DNA from: Erysipelothrix larvae
Lineage (GTDB): Bacteria > Bacillota_I > Bacilli_A > Erysipelotrichales > Erysipelotrichaceae
Direction: 5' to 3'
Assembly (NCBI RefSeq): GCF_001545095.1
Contig: NZ_CP013213.1
Coordinates: 60,001 to 92,000, forward strand
DNA length: 32,000 bases
Made by a program: the position numbers and the translations under genes. The stretch's first letter is position 1, and the number at the start of each line of letters is the position of its first letter. The notes under the pieces are model-generated. The model searched no databases. It was not told the origin of the DNA and saw only the letters and a list, made by a program, of their open reading frames with translations. Shown here one piece after another: positions 15,133 through 25,161 of the stretch.

Positions 15133-15716
15133 TTGAACACCAAACTTTTGTTGAAATTCTATTTGGGCATGATCCCTTATGTCATGAATGCCGCCAAAAA
15201 TTGAGGGCAACGCCAAAGGTTATTCATGTTGAATCTATGGAGATATTTACGTTGTTTGCATATGAAGAAGAACCACGACAATGGTTTCTCCAGTTTAAGG
15301 AAGGTCATGACTATTGCCTTGGTGCGATATTTTTATACGGTTTTCGAAGGAAAATGAGGAGAAAGTATCGTAATTTTCAGATTGTTTATGCGCCTTCACA
15401 TGAAAATTCTGTGAAAAATCGTGGGTTTAATGTTATTGAAACTATGATGGAAAATGTGTTTTCTTCACAACCAATTCCTGTGTTTACCAAGGGGAATGAT
15501 GTGTACCAGAAACGATTAAATCGAGAAGATCGATTCAAAAACGTCCAAGATTTTAGAGCAGACCTCTCGCTTTTGGATAAAACAAAGGGTGTTCTTTTGG
15601 TCGATGATTTAGTGACAACAGGGGCAACTTTATCGATATTATCGCAAACGCTTACAAAAAACGGCTATATTGTGCAGATATTTAGTGTTTATAGGCATAA
15701 AACGCTTGAATCATGA
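15078..15716 (+). CDS. comFC: ComFC (ComF family phosphoribosyltransferase-like competence protein)
   Basis: N-terminal Cys pairs (CRIC...CHEC) and PRTase motif VLLVDDLVTTGATL. The ATG at 15078 has AAGGTGG 7 nt upstream. Overlaps the comFA 3' end by 55 nt. Confidence 0.85.
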   Translation: MHQSNTESKRCRICFARLIEHQTFVEILFGHDPLCHECRQKLRATPKVIHVESMEIFTLFAYEEEPRQWFLQFKEGHDYCLGAIFLYGFRRKMRRKYRNFQIVYAPSHENSVKNRGFNVIETMMENVFSSQPIPVFTKGNDVYQKRLNREDRFKNVQDFRADLSLLDKTKGVLLVDDLVTTGATLSILSQTLTKNGYIVQIFSVYRHKTLES

Positions 15717-15766
15717 CCTTTTACACCGTATAATTTTAGTATGAATATAGAAAGGTGAATGTTGTG

Positions 15767-15967
15767 ATGAGAGGGAAAGTTAAATCATTCAACAAGAACA
15801 AGGGATTTGGATTTATTTCAATTGAAGATGGCCGCGATGTTTTCTTCCATTATTCACATATCGTGATGGAAGGATTTAAAACAATCGAGGAAGAAGCTGA
15901 GGTTGAATTCGAGATGGTAGAAACTGACCGGGGAGTCCAAGCACACAATATTGTTCGCATATCATAA
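15767..15967 (+). CDS. Cold-shock protein (CspA family, CSD)
   Basis: RNP-1-like KGFGFI and RNP-2-like VFFHY motifs. 66 aa from the ATG at 15767 (the track start at 15755 adds 4 aa). Confidence 0.9.
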   Translation: MRGKVKSFNKNKGFGFISIEDGRDVFFHYSHIVMEGFKTIEEEAEVEFEMVETDRGVQAHNIVRIS

Positions 15968-15991
15968 AAGTTGGAATTTCCAACTTTTTTT
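15966..15991 (+). terminator. Rho-independent terminator after csp
   Basis: AAGTTGG-AATTT-CCAACTT followed by TTTTTT. Confidence 0.75.
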
Positions 15992-16035
15992 ATGTGGAAT
16001 ATATGGTACAATAACTAGGAATGGAGGCTTAATCT

Positions 16036-18375
16036 ATGGGCTTTTTATCTAACTTATTTAGTGGTGATCGTAAGATCCTAAAAGAGATTGAATTAATCGC
16101 TGATGAGATTATTTCATTAGAGGATGCGACACGCGCACTAAGTGATGATGAATTAAAACAAAAAACAACAGAATTTAAACAACGAATTGCAAATGGTGAA
16201 TCGTTAGACGACCTCTTAGTAGAGGCGTATGCAGTCGTAAGGGAAGCGGCATACCGAGTAATCGGAGAATTCCCATATAAAGTGCAATTGATGGGTGGTA
16301 TTGTATTACACCGCGGTGATATTGCGGAAATGAAAACAGGTGAAGGGAAGACATTGACGTCTATCTTACCCGTTTATTTAAATGCATTAAGTGGTAAAGG
16401 TGTTCACGTTGTTACTGTCAATGAATACTTGGCACAACGTGATGCGAATTGGATGGGTGAAATTCACCGTTTCCTAGGACTTACAGTAGGATGTAATGTT
16501 CGTGCACTGCCAGCATCCGATAAACGTGCTGTTTATCTTTGTGATGTTACATATACGACAAATGCCGAAGTTGGGTTTGACTACCTAAGAGATAACATGG
16601 TAACTCGTATCGAAAATCGTGTACTTAGACCCCTTAACTTTGCGCTGGTCGATGAGGTCGATTCGATCTTAGTCGATGAATCAAGAACGCCACTTATTAT
16701 TTCAGGTGGTGCGCGTGATGGTGCAAAACTTTATGAACAAGCAGATAAGTTCGCAAAGAAATTGTCCGAAGGGGCTGACTATGTTGTTGATATTAAGTCA
16801 AAGACTGCACAACTTACTGAAGGTGGTGTTGAAAAAGCGGAACGTACATTTAAGGTTAATAACCTTTATGATCTCGAAAACTCTTCGCTTGTTCACTACA
16901 TCAACAACGCATTAAAAGCCAACTATACGATGACGTGTGATGTTGAGTATATGGTTGATAGCAATCAAGTTGTGATTATTGATCAATTTACTGGACGTGC
17001 TATGGAAGGCCGTGAATTCTCAGATGGACTTCACCAAGCACTTGAAGCTAAAGAAGGCGTTACCATCAAGCAAGAGTCTATTACACTTGCAACAATCACA
17101 TATCAAAACTTCTTCCGTCTGTATGAAAAACTTGCGGGGATGACGGGTACTGCGAAAACTGAAGAAGAAGAATTCTTGGAAATCTACAACATGCGTGTCT
17201 TGGAAATTCCAACAAACCGTCCTGTAGCGCGTGTTGATTACGCTGACTTAGTATTTGGCACTAAAAAGGCTAAATTTGAAGCGCTAATCGAAGAAGTACG
17301 TGAACTTCATGAAAAAGGACAACCAGTCCTTGTGGGTACTGTAGCGGTTGAAACAAGTGAATACTTAAGTATGATGATGCGTCAACGCAAAATCAAACAC
17401 GAAGTCTTAAATGCGAAGAACCATGCACGTGAAGCAACAATTATTGAAAAGGCTGGCCGTAAGGGTTCCGTAACTATCGCAACCAATATGGCAGGTCGTG
17501 GTACCGATATTAAATTAGACGATGAAAGTCGCGCTTTAGGTGGTCTTGCGGTATTGGGGAGTGAACGACACGAATCCCGCCGTATTGACAATCAGTTAAG
17601 AGGACGTTCCGGACGTCAAGGAGACCCTGGGTTCTCCCGTTTCTACGTATCCTTTGAAGATGATCTGATGTTACGACATGGATCTGAGCGATTCGAATTT
17701 ATGTTTAAAACCTTAGATGATACAGTCATTGAAAATAAAACACTGACGAAACAAATCGGTGCAGCTCAAAAACGTGTAGAAGGTGTTAACTTCGACATTC
17801 GTAAGCAATTGCTTGACTATGATGATGTATTGCGTCAACAACGTGAGATTATGTATGATCAACGTAACTTTGTGTTAGAAAATGAAGATGTGCACGCACT
17901 TGTGAAAGACATGGTGAAACGTGTAATGTCTGATTTAGTTTCTGCACATATCAATCTTGAAGAAAAGGAATTCTCTCTTGATAAAGAAGGACTCATGGAA
18001 TCCTTGAAGGCATTTGAATTGAATGCGGTCGTAACTGAACAGGATTTAGATTCAAATGATAAGGCCCAATTAGTTGACGTATTGACTGAAAAAGCATGGG
18101 GCTTGTATGATGCGAAAATTATGCCTGTAAAAGAGCAGTTTGGACGCATTGAACGTGAAATGGTATTACGAATGATTGACCGTGCGTGGGTTGATCACAT
18201 TGACATGATGAGTAAACTACGTGAGGGAATTCATCTTCGTGCTTATGCACAAGGGAAACCACTTCAAGCGTATGTTGAAGAAGGTTATGAAATGTTTGAA
18301 GAAATGCAAAGCCAAATTGCGACAGATGTCGTTACCTTTGCAACACGTGTAAAAATTGAACATAGACAAGGGTGA
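16036..18375 (+). CDS. secA: Preprotein translocase ATPase SecA
   Basis: 779 aa. Canonical SecA motifs: MKTGEGKTL Walker A, VDEVDSILVDESRTPLIISG, TNMAGRGTDI, GRSGRQGDPG. Lacks the C-terminal zinc-finger tail. Confidence 0.97.
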   Translation: MGFLSNLFSGDRKILKEIELIADEIISLEDATRALSDDELKQKTTEFKQRIANGESLDDLLVEAYAVVREAAYRVIGEFPYKVQLMGGIVLHRGDIAEMKTGEGKTLTSILPVYLNALSGKGVHVVTVNEYLAQRDANWMGEIHRFLGLTVGCNVRALPASDKRAVYLCDVTYTTNAEVGFDYLRDNMVTRIENRVLRPLNFALVDEVDSILVDESRTPLIISGGARDGAKLYEQADKFAKKLSEGADYVVDIKSKTAQLTEGGVEKAERTFKVNNLYDLENSSLVHYINNALKANYTMTCDVEYMVDSNQVVIIDQFTGRAMEGREFSDGLHQALEAKEGVTIKQESITLATITYQNFFRLYEKLAGMTGTAKTEEEEFLEIYNMRVLEIPTNRPVARVDYADLVFGTKKAKFEALIEEVRELHEKGQPVLVGTVAVETSEYLSMMMRQRKIKHEVLNAKNHAREATIIEKAGRKGSVTIATNMAGRGTDIKLDDESRALGGLAVLGSERHESRRIDNQLRGRSGRQGDPGFSRFYVSFEDDLMLRHGSERFEFMFKTLDDTVIENKTLTKQIGAAQKRVEGVNFDIRKQLLDYDDVLRQQREIMYDQRNFVLENEDVHALVKDMVKRVMSDLVSAHINLEEKEFSLDKEGLMESLKAFELNAVVTEQDLDSNDKAQLVDVLTEKAWGLYDAKIMPVKEQFGRIEREMVLRMIDRAWVDHIDMMSKLREGIHLRAYAQGKPLQAYVEEGYEMFEEMQSQIATDVVTFATRVKIEHRQG

Positions 18376-18380
18376 TAAAA

Positions 18381-19485
18381 ATGGAACTATTTGAGATGGT
18401 TCAAAGTATTGAACATCATCATGAAGAACTGAAAGCGCTCGGTGATTCACTTTGACGTCGCTACAAAGCGAAATCAAATAAAAGAATTAGAAGATGGAAT
18501 GCTTGTTGACGGGTTTTGGGATGACCATAAACAAAGTCAACAGCATATCCAAACCCTTAACCAACTGAAAAACTTGGTTGAGACTTTTGATGACTTATCA
18601 AGTCGTACAGAATTTTGTTCTGAAGGAATTGAACTTATCAAAGATACAATGGACGAGGAATTCAAAGCATCGCTTGAAGAAGAACTCACATCGCTTGATA
18701 AAGATATGGACTCATTCAGTGTCTTAGTCTTATTAAGTCATGATTATGATCAAAAAAATGCGATTCTTGAATTACATCCAGGTGCAGGTGGTACTGAAAG
18801 CCAGGACTTTGCACAAATGTTGTATCGGATGTATACACGGTGGGCCCAAAAGCATAACTTTAAACTCGAGGTACTCGACTACCTTGATGGGGATGAGGCT
18901 GGGATAAAATCCGTGACTGTATTAGTTAAAGGTCCATATGCTTATGGGTATTTGAAAGCTGAAAAAGGGGTACATCGTCTTGTAAGAATCAGCCCATTCG
19001 ATTCTTCGGGAAGACGCCATACATCCTTTGCATCTGTAGATGTAGCACCTGAATTTGATGAAAGTGTTGAGATTACAATCAACCCTGAAGATATAAGTGT
19101 GGATACAATGCGTGCAAGTGGTGCCGGTGGGCAACACATAAACAAAACAGATTCTGCCGTTAGAATCACACACCATCCCACAGGAATTGTGGTATCATGT
19201 CAGTCAGGACGCAGCCAACTTCAAAACCGTGAAGAAGCATTAAATATGTTGAAAAGCAAGTTGTACCAACTAGAAATTGAAGCGCAACAAGCAAAAATTG
19301 CGCAATTAAAGGGAGATCAGAAGTTAATAGAATGGGGATCACAGATTCGTTCATACGTTGTGCATCCTTATACTATGGTTAAAGATCATCGAACAACCCA
19401 TGAAACAAGTCAATTACAAGATGTGTTGGATGGTGACATTGATGATTTTATTGAAGCATATTTGAAAATGAATATCAGGGGGTAG
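18381..19485 (+). CDS. prfB: Peptide chain release factor 2, with programmed +1 ribosomal frameshift at 18450-18456
   Basis: Frame 0 reads ATG(18381) MELFEMVQSIEHHHEELKALGDSL then TGA (18453-18455). The shift site CTT TGA C has the SD-like GGTGAT 3 nt upstream. The +1 frame continues DVATKRNQIKELE... and carries the SPF motif (RISPFDS) and GGQ (SGAGGQHINKT). Confidence 0.93.
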
Positions 19486-19487
19486 GT

Positions 19488-20324
19488 ATGAAGAATCGCG
19501 TTCTTGATACACTGCAACTTATAGGTGGAAATTTCATACTGGCATGCTCAGTAGTATTTCTGATTATTCCAAACTCAGTACTATCTGGGGGTGTTGCGGG
19601 TGTAGCTATCGCCTTAGCACCCTTTTTGACTATAAGTGTTGAAACAATTATGACAGGAATTATTGTCATTACGTTTATCATGGGATATCTATTTCTAGGA
19701 AAAGCATTTGCAGTCAAAACAATCGCAAGTAGCATTATGTATCCAATATTTATCAATGGTTTATCCTTGATTCCACATACTGTTCGTGTTGATCCAATTT
19801 TGGCATCAATATTTGGTGGATTAGTAGCTGGTGTGGGACTTGGACTGGTGTTTAGAACTGGAGCAAGTACAGGTGGAATGGACATTCCGCCATTAATCCT
19901 TGCGAGCAAAACCAATGTAAAGGTATCGGTTTGGATTATGGTCGTAGACTTCTTCACGATACTATTGGGTCTAAGTGCATATGGATTGAATGACGTCTTG
20001 ATTGGGCTTTTATCGGTATACAGTACCACAAAAGCAATCAATATCATCACGACATTAGGTGGTCAACAAGCGAAGCAAGTATTTATTATCTCAGATTATG
20101 TAGATGATATATTAGACATGATATTAGAGAATTTAGACCGTGGTGCAACAATCATCGACGCACACGGAGGATTTACACGCAAGCAAAAACAAATTATTAT
20201 GACGGTCATTACGACTGTTGAATATCCGCAGTTGGAACGACATGTGAAAGAAGTGGATAAAGATGCATTCTTGATCGTATCGGATGTTACGGAAGTACAT
20301 GGTCAAGGATTCTACAAAATCTAG
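19488..20324 (+). CDS. YitT family membrane protein (DUF2179 C-terminal domain)
   Basis: N-terminal ~5-TM region with SGGVAGVAI and TGASTGGMD repeats typical of YitT. C-terminal soluble domain ...GATIIDAHGGFT...FLIVSDVTEVHGQGF. Confidence 0.8.
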   Translation: MKNRVLDTLQLIGGNFILACSVVFLIIPNSVLSGGVAGVAIALAPFLTISVETIMTGIIVITFIMGYLFLGKAFAVKTIASSIMYPIFINGLSLIPHTVRVDPILASIFGGLVAGVGLGLVFRTGASTGGMDIPPLILASKTNVKVSVWIMVVDFFTILLGLSAYGLNDVLIGLLSVYSTTKAINIITTLGGQQAKQVFIISDYVDDILDMILENLDRGATIIDAHGGFTRKQKQIIMTVITTVEYPQLERHVKEVDKDAFLIVSDVTEVHGQGFYKI

Positions 20325-20350
20325 CTTTCACGTAAATTTCATAGTGGGTG

Positions 20351-20359
20351 TGCTATAAT
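20351..20359 (+). promoter_or_regulatory. Extended -10 promoter element (TGCTATAAT) for ftsEX operon
   Basis: TGcTATAAT lies 35 nt upstream of the ftsE ATG. Confidence 0.45.
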
Positions 20360-20393
20360 TTTGATGTCTTTGCTGAGAATGGGGTGAAATAAC

Positions 20394-21083
20394 ATGTTAT
20401 TATTCGAAAATGTAAGTAAACAATATAAAAACGGAGTCAACGCCCTTTACGATATTAATCTTGAGGTTAATGACGGTGAGTTTGTGTATATTATTGGACC
20501 AACTGGATCTGGTAAGTCAACACTCATTAAGTTGTTGGACGGTCGAGAAAAACCATCTAAAGGGAACGTACATGTTGGCAAATTTAATGTTGGGAAATTA
20601 AGGCATTCTAAGGTTCCTTTTTATCGCCGACATATTGGTGTTGTATTTCAAGATTTTAAATTATTAGAACGTAAAACTGTTTTTGAGAATGTAGCTTTTG
20701 CGTTAGAAGTTGTAAATACACCGCGTAAAGACATTCGGAAGCGGGTTCGAGAAGTATTACACTTAGTGGGATTAGTGGAAAAAACACATGCTTTTCCAGA
20801 TGAGCTAAGTGGTGGACAACAACAACGTGTTGCGATCGCACGTGCAATCGCGAACCGTCCAGAAATACTGATTGCAGATGAACCAACAGGGAACTTAGAC
20901 CCTGAAAAATCTAAGGAAATCATTGAGTTGTTGGAGCGAATCAATACTGAGGAAGAAACAACAATTATAATGGTAACTCACGATGTGCGTTTGGTAGACA
21001 CATATAAGAAACGTACCATTGCGTTAGATGCGGGTCATGTTGTTGCCGATTTAACAGCTGGAGGATACATTAAGTATGAGTAG
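20394..21083 (+). CDS. ftsE: Cell division ATP-binding protein FtsE
   Basis: Walker A GPTGSGKST, LSGGQQQRVAIARA, ILIADEPTGNLD. Followed by overlapping ftsX. Confidence 0.9.
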   Translation: MLLFENVSKQYKNGVNALYDINLEVNDGEFVYIIGPTGSGKSTLIKLLDGREKPSKGNVHVGKFNVGKLRHSKVPFYRRHIGVVFQDFKLLERKTVFENVAFALEVVNTPRKDIRKRVREVLHLVGLVEKTHAFPDELSGGQQQRVAIARAIANRPEILIADEPTGNLDPEKSKEIIELLERINTEEETTIIMVTHDVRLVDTYKKRTIALDAGHVVADLTAGGYIKYE

Positions 21084-21972
21084 ATTTTTACGTACTATAA
21101 AAGACGGCTTTCTCGGTGCTTTTAGACATGGGGCATTGCTATTTTCAAGTGTCTCGTCTGTAACGATTACACTTGTACTTATGGCGATATTTATGCTATT
21201 AAATGCAAACATTGTTCGGTTTACAGAAATCATCGAACAAAGTGTTTCGTTACATGTCCAAATCCAAAATGAAGTTGACGAGGCGGGAATTGAAGAACTC
21301 GAAAACAAAATTACGCAATTCGTCGGAGTTACAACCGTTGAATTTTCCGATAAGGACAATGAATTAGAACTCTTGATTGCATCAGGTGGAGAGCAAGCGG
21401 AAGAGTTGTATGGTCAATATCGTGGTGAAGCTAATCCACTCTTAAATGCATTTGTAATTAATGTTTCAAGTGGGGCTCATATCCAAGAAATTGCTTCACA
21501 AATTAGAGAACTAGAAGGTATACATCAAGTAAGTTATGGTGGTGAAGCAACCGAACAATTCTTGGTGATTCTAGAAACGATTCGAAATGTTGGATTTATC
21601 TTTGTATTGGTTCTTGGAGGTATTGCAATCTTCCTCATTTCTAATACGATATCCGCAACAGTTATTTCACGACAAAAAGAAATTTCAATTATGAGGACCG
21701 TCGGAGCGTCAAACTGGTTTATTCGTTGGCCATTCATTATTGAAGGAATGATTATTGGATTTATTGGATCACTGTTACCCATAGGGCTCACAGTATTTGG
21801 ATATTCCGCAATTTATGATTCTCAGTCTACTGGGGTCAGTTCATTCTTTCAATTAGTAACACCAGAACCTGTAATATGGGAAGTATCACTTGTGATACTG
21901 TTAGTGGGAATGGTTGTTGGAGCAATAGGAAGTTTATTTACAGTAAGTAGAAGATTGAGGTGGACACGATGA
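21076..21972 (+). CDS. ftsX: Cell division permease-like protein FtsX
   Basis: 298 aa with N-terminal TM, extracellular domain and 3 C-terminal TMs. Has the RTVGASNWFIRWPF motif typical of FtsX. 8-nt overlap with ftsE. Confidence 0.9.
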   Translation: MSRFLRTIKDGFLGAFRHGALLFSSVSSVTITLVLMAIFMLLNANIVRFTEIIEQSVSLHVQIQNEVDEAGIEELENKITQFVGVTTVEFSDKDNELELLIASGGEQAEELYGQYRGEANPLLNAFVINVSSGAHIQEIASQIRELEGIHQVSYGGEATEQFLVILETIRNVGFIFVLVLGGIAIFLISNTISATVISRQKEISIMRTVGASNWFIRWPFIIEGMIIGFIGSLLPIGLTVFGYSAIYDSQSTGVSSFFQLVTPEPVIWEVSLVILLVGMVVGAIGSLFTVSRRLRWTR

Positions 21973-23375
21973 AAAAATTCATGACACTAGCACTCGTAGT
22001 ATTTATTGCAACATTTACGTCAAATACCTATGTGTATTCAACGAGTTCTTTTGAAGGACGGGAAACTGAAATGGACACTATGTGTTCAGATTGGGAAACG
22101 TATTCAGCCAATAGAACACTGTGTGCTGAATACAAAACATACCTAGAACAAAAGAAACAAGAAGCAAACAATGAACTAAACAATATCAAAGGATCTATCA
22201 ATGACATTCAAGGTGATATTAATAAAGACACACAATCTTTGAATGAGCTTCAAAATCGTATTACTGATATTGAATCACAAATTAAGAAAACTGATTCCCA
22301 GATTGCAAGTACTGAGTCAAAGATTAAGCAAACTGAGGAAGAAATAGTTGTGAAGGAAAAAGATATTGAAGAGAAAGAAGTTCGTGTAGAGGCGTACATG
22401 ATTAATCTTCAAAGCTCATTAAGAGTAAACAGTTATGTTGAGTTTATAATGGGTGCGGAGGACTTCTCAGAAGTATCGCGACGAATCGCAGGAATTTCAC
22501 AGATTAATGAATTTAATCAGGAATTAATTCGTCAACTCAATGAAGAAAAAGCAGTTTTAGAAGAAACGAAATTGTCGCTTGAATTTGATAAAGAAAACCT
22601 TGTAACGATGCGCGCAGATCAAGTAACCCAAAAGAGCCAAGTTGAAGAACTTGCACGAGTTGCTGAACAACGTGTTACCGCTCTTCGTAGTGCGTATGCT
22701 GCATTAGTAGCTGAACAAGAAAGAGCGTTAGAAACACAGCGTATCGTATCTGAGAGAATTCAAATCCCAACACCTGTTGAACCTTCAACTGGAGGATTGA
22801 TGCTTCCAGTTTCAAGCTTTAGAATTTCTGAAGTACAATGGTATTATACTGATGGTGGAAAACACATGGGTGTTGACTTTGCACGAGTACCTGGATCTTC
22901 AATTTTGGGGGCGTCCATCGTAGCACCTGCTAATGGACTTGTTATTGCATCCAACAGTGGATGTGCAACAAATGGAAGCTTCGGATGTGGTAGTGGATTT
23001 GGTAATTATGTTCTCATGATTATGAACGTAAACGGACAAATCTACGGAGGACTCTTTGGACATATGCAACAAGGCAGTGTTACAGTAAGGGCAGGAAGTA
23101 GTGTAAGCCAAGGCCAAAAAATTGGAGCTGTTGGTAACTCAGGGAATTCCTACGGAGCCCATTTACATATGGAGCTGTACTACCTAGGAAGTGACAGTGT
23201 TACGGCTGCTTATAACCGCTGGTACGACAGAGGGGCAAACATTAACTTTAACACAGGCTCAGCATCATATGGTAATGAATATGCGAACCGTTGTAGTGTA
23301 AAAGGCAAAGTTGATCCGTGTCGACTCGATGTTGCTCAAGAATATGGTATTTATAAGGATTATGTAAGACCTTAA
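21969..23375 (+). CDS. Coiled-coil M23 family peptidoglycan metalloendopeptidase (FtsEX-associated, EnvC/PcsB-like architecture)
   Basis: Signal peptide, ~230-aa heptad-rich coiled coil, then an M23 domain with HMGVDF (HxxxD) and GNSGNSYGAHLHMEL (HxH). ATGA overlap with ftsX (ATG at 21969). Confidence 0.85.
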   Translation: MKKFMTLALVVFIATFTSNTYVYSTSSFEGRETEMDTMCSDWETYSANRTLCAEYKTYLEQKKQEANNELNNIKGSINDIQGDINKDTQSLNELQNRITDIESQIKKTDSQIASTESKIKQTEEEIVVKEKDIEEKEVRVEAYMINLQSSLRVNSYVEFIMGAEDFSEVSRRIAGISQINEFNQELIRQLNEEKAVLEETKLSLEFDKENLVTMRADQVTQKSQVEELARVAEQRVTALRSAYAALVAEQERALETQRIVSERIQIPTPVEPSTGGLMLPVSSFRISEVQWYYTDGGKHMGVDFARVPGSSILGASIVAPANGLVIASNSGCATNGSFGCGSGFGNYVLMIMNVNGQIYGGLFGHMQQGSVTVRAGSSVSQGQKIGAVGNSGNSYGAHLHMELYYLGSDSVTAAYNRWYDRGANINFNTGSASYGNEYANRCSVKGKVDPCRLDVAQEYGIYKDYVRP

Positions 23376-23395
23376 GCATAAGTTTAACCGACAAA

Positions 23396-23432
23396 CAAAG
23401 GAGTGATGTATATCTGCATCACTCCTTTTAAA
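23396..23432. terminator. Bidirectional terminator hairpin between convergent genes
   Basis: Perfect 11-bp stem AAGGAGTGATG/CATCACTCCTT (23398-23408 / 23417-23427). T-rich on the minus-strand side (TTTGTTTGT), short T-run on the plus side. Confidence 0.65.
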
Positions 23433-23442
23433 ATCCCTGATA

Positions 23443-23859
23443 TTAGAATTCGTCAGCATCATAGACACGATACCCAGCCTCTATACATGCTTTAGCAAAA
23501 ACTCCTTGGCCATCAATGAGCGTTCCACTGAAGGAACCATCGTAAATCTGGCGAACACCACACGAAGGACTCCGTGATTGTAAGATGACACAATCGATAT
23601 CGTTGTCTTCAAGGATGCGCATTGCCAAACGGGCCCCACGAGAAAAGGACTTGTCTACATTATTACCATGCTCATCGTATACTGAACCATCTCGTATCTC
23701 AGCTGGAGGACGCGGTATTGACAATCCACCTAAAATTTCTGGACAGACAGGAATGACTTCCTTATCCTCTAGGAACTTTAAAACATTTGCGTTTAGATTA
23801 TTCCCACCATTGTATTTACAATTTACTCCTAATAAACAAGCGCTGACTAAAACTTTCAT
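23443..23859 (-). CDS. DUF523 family protein (TudS-like, putative 4Fe-4S thiouracil desulfidase family)
   Basis: Characteristic N-terminus MKVLVSACLLGVNCKYNGG plus PVCPE and SPSCG cysteine motifs. Confidence 0.8.
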   Translation of the reverse strand: MKVLVSACLLGVNCKYNGGNNLNANVLKFLEDKEVIPVCPEILGGLSIPRPPAEIRDGSVYDEHGNNVDKSFSRGARLAMRILEDNDIDCVILQSRSPSCGVRQIYDGSFSGTLIDGQGVFAKACIEAGYRVYDADEF

Positions 23860-24234
23860 AATGTCACCTCATCTTGACCTTTTAATATAGTGATTATAAC
23901 GCAGATCAATAAAACAATCATACTAAATTATGGATTAATACAATAAAGCAAACTCATACTAGATGTAATATGAGAGCTGGATCATTCAAAATTGAATGAG
24001 ATGATAGAATAATTTACCGATATTTATCAGTGTATAGAATCTAGGTGGCAATATAAAATATCTTTGATATTTAACCCTTTTATAGGAAACTTAGAGTATC
24101 GTTAGTTTTGCTATCAGAATGTGCTAAAATAAGAAGTGGAAAAGAATTCCGTGTTAGGTGAATATTATTGTGTTATTCTCGGAAAGTATTTTCATACTAT
24201 TTAAAATATTTAGAGTAGAAGCGAGGATTTTACA

Positions 24235-25152
24235 ATGGATATAAATGTTTTACTAAATCAAATGGGTATGATGGGCCTGTTGATTTTGTTGGGATATGTA
24301 TTTGGGCGAACTGGAAAACTTACACTAAAAGGTGCGCAAGAGATAACAAATATATTGTTTCAGATCTGTACACCGATGATTATGATCAATGCATTAAATA
24401 TGCCGTTTTCAATAGAGACCCTAAATAGATATTTCATCTCGTTTATAGTTTCGCTGATCCTTATACTTATTTCTGTGGGAATTAGTATGATTTTCTTTAA
24501 GTCAAATGAACGAATCGAACGCTTTGCGTGTTCTTTCTCAAATGTAGGGTTTATGGGAATTCCATTAGTCGAACAATATCTTGGTATCGAGTATGTGTTT
24601 TATGTCACTGCATGCATTATTGCACTAAATATCGTTTCATGGACTTTAGGGATAATCATGATAACTGGCCGAAAAGAATCCGTCATGTTACGTCAGATTA
24701 TTCGTAATCCTGCATTCACAGGACTTGCAGTGGGGTTGCTTTTCTTTGCGCTACCAATTGAGTTTCCAGCATTTATCACAACAACAGTTCAACAAGTTGC
24801 TCAAATAAATACTGTGCTCGCAATGATTGTCCTTGGATATTATGTATCAACAACATCAGTGTCTAAAATTATTAATTTGAAAGCATTGAGAGTAAGTACA
24901 GTTAGACTGATTTTCATCCCACTCGTACTTATGGTAATTCTGGGGTTAGGTGGTAGTCGATTATATGATATGAGAGAAGCACTGTTGATAGTAGTTGCAG
25001 CACCAGCGGGTGTAAATACAGCTCTCTTTGCCGAGCAAGCAGGACAAGATTATGCATATGCTACTGGGATTGTAAGTTTATCAACTATTCTAAGTGTCGT
25101 CACAATTCCCTTGATGATTTTGATATCAACGGTAGTATGGAGTATGCTTTAG
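24235..25152 (+). CDS. AEC (auxin efflux carrier) family transporter
   Basis: 305 aa, ~10 TM. N-terminus and the ..AAPAGVNTALFA.. motif are typical of AEC/malate-permease-like proteins. Confidence 0.75.
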   Translation: MDINVLLNQMGMMGLLILLGYVFGRTGKLTLKGAQEITNILFQICTPMIMINALNMPFSIETLNRYFISFIVSLILILISVGISMIFFKSNERIERFACSFSNVGFMGIPLVEQYLGIEYVFYVTACIIALNIVSWTLGIIMITGRKESVMLRQIIRNPAFTGLAVGLLFFALPIEFPAFITTTVQQVAQINTVLAMIVLGYYVSTTSVSKIINLKALRVSTVRLIFIPLVLMVILGLGGSRLYDMREALLIVVAAPAGVNTALFAEQAGQDYAYATGIVSLSTILSVVTIPLMILISTVVWSML

Positions 25153-25161
25153 GAGGCAATT

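Noticed and set aside
16676-19354. Assorted 60-100-aa ORFs in both strands inside secA and prfB
   Set aside because: They lie within highly conserved, motif-verified genes and have no SDs, so they are statistical shadow ORFs.
19475-20050. 191-aa minus-strand ORF antisense to the YitT gene
   Set aside because: Low-complexity Pro/Thr/Ile-rich translation typical of a shadow ORF opposite a membrane-protein gene. The plus-strand gene has an SD, family motifs and tight coupling to prfB.
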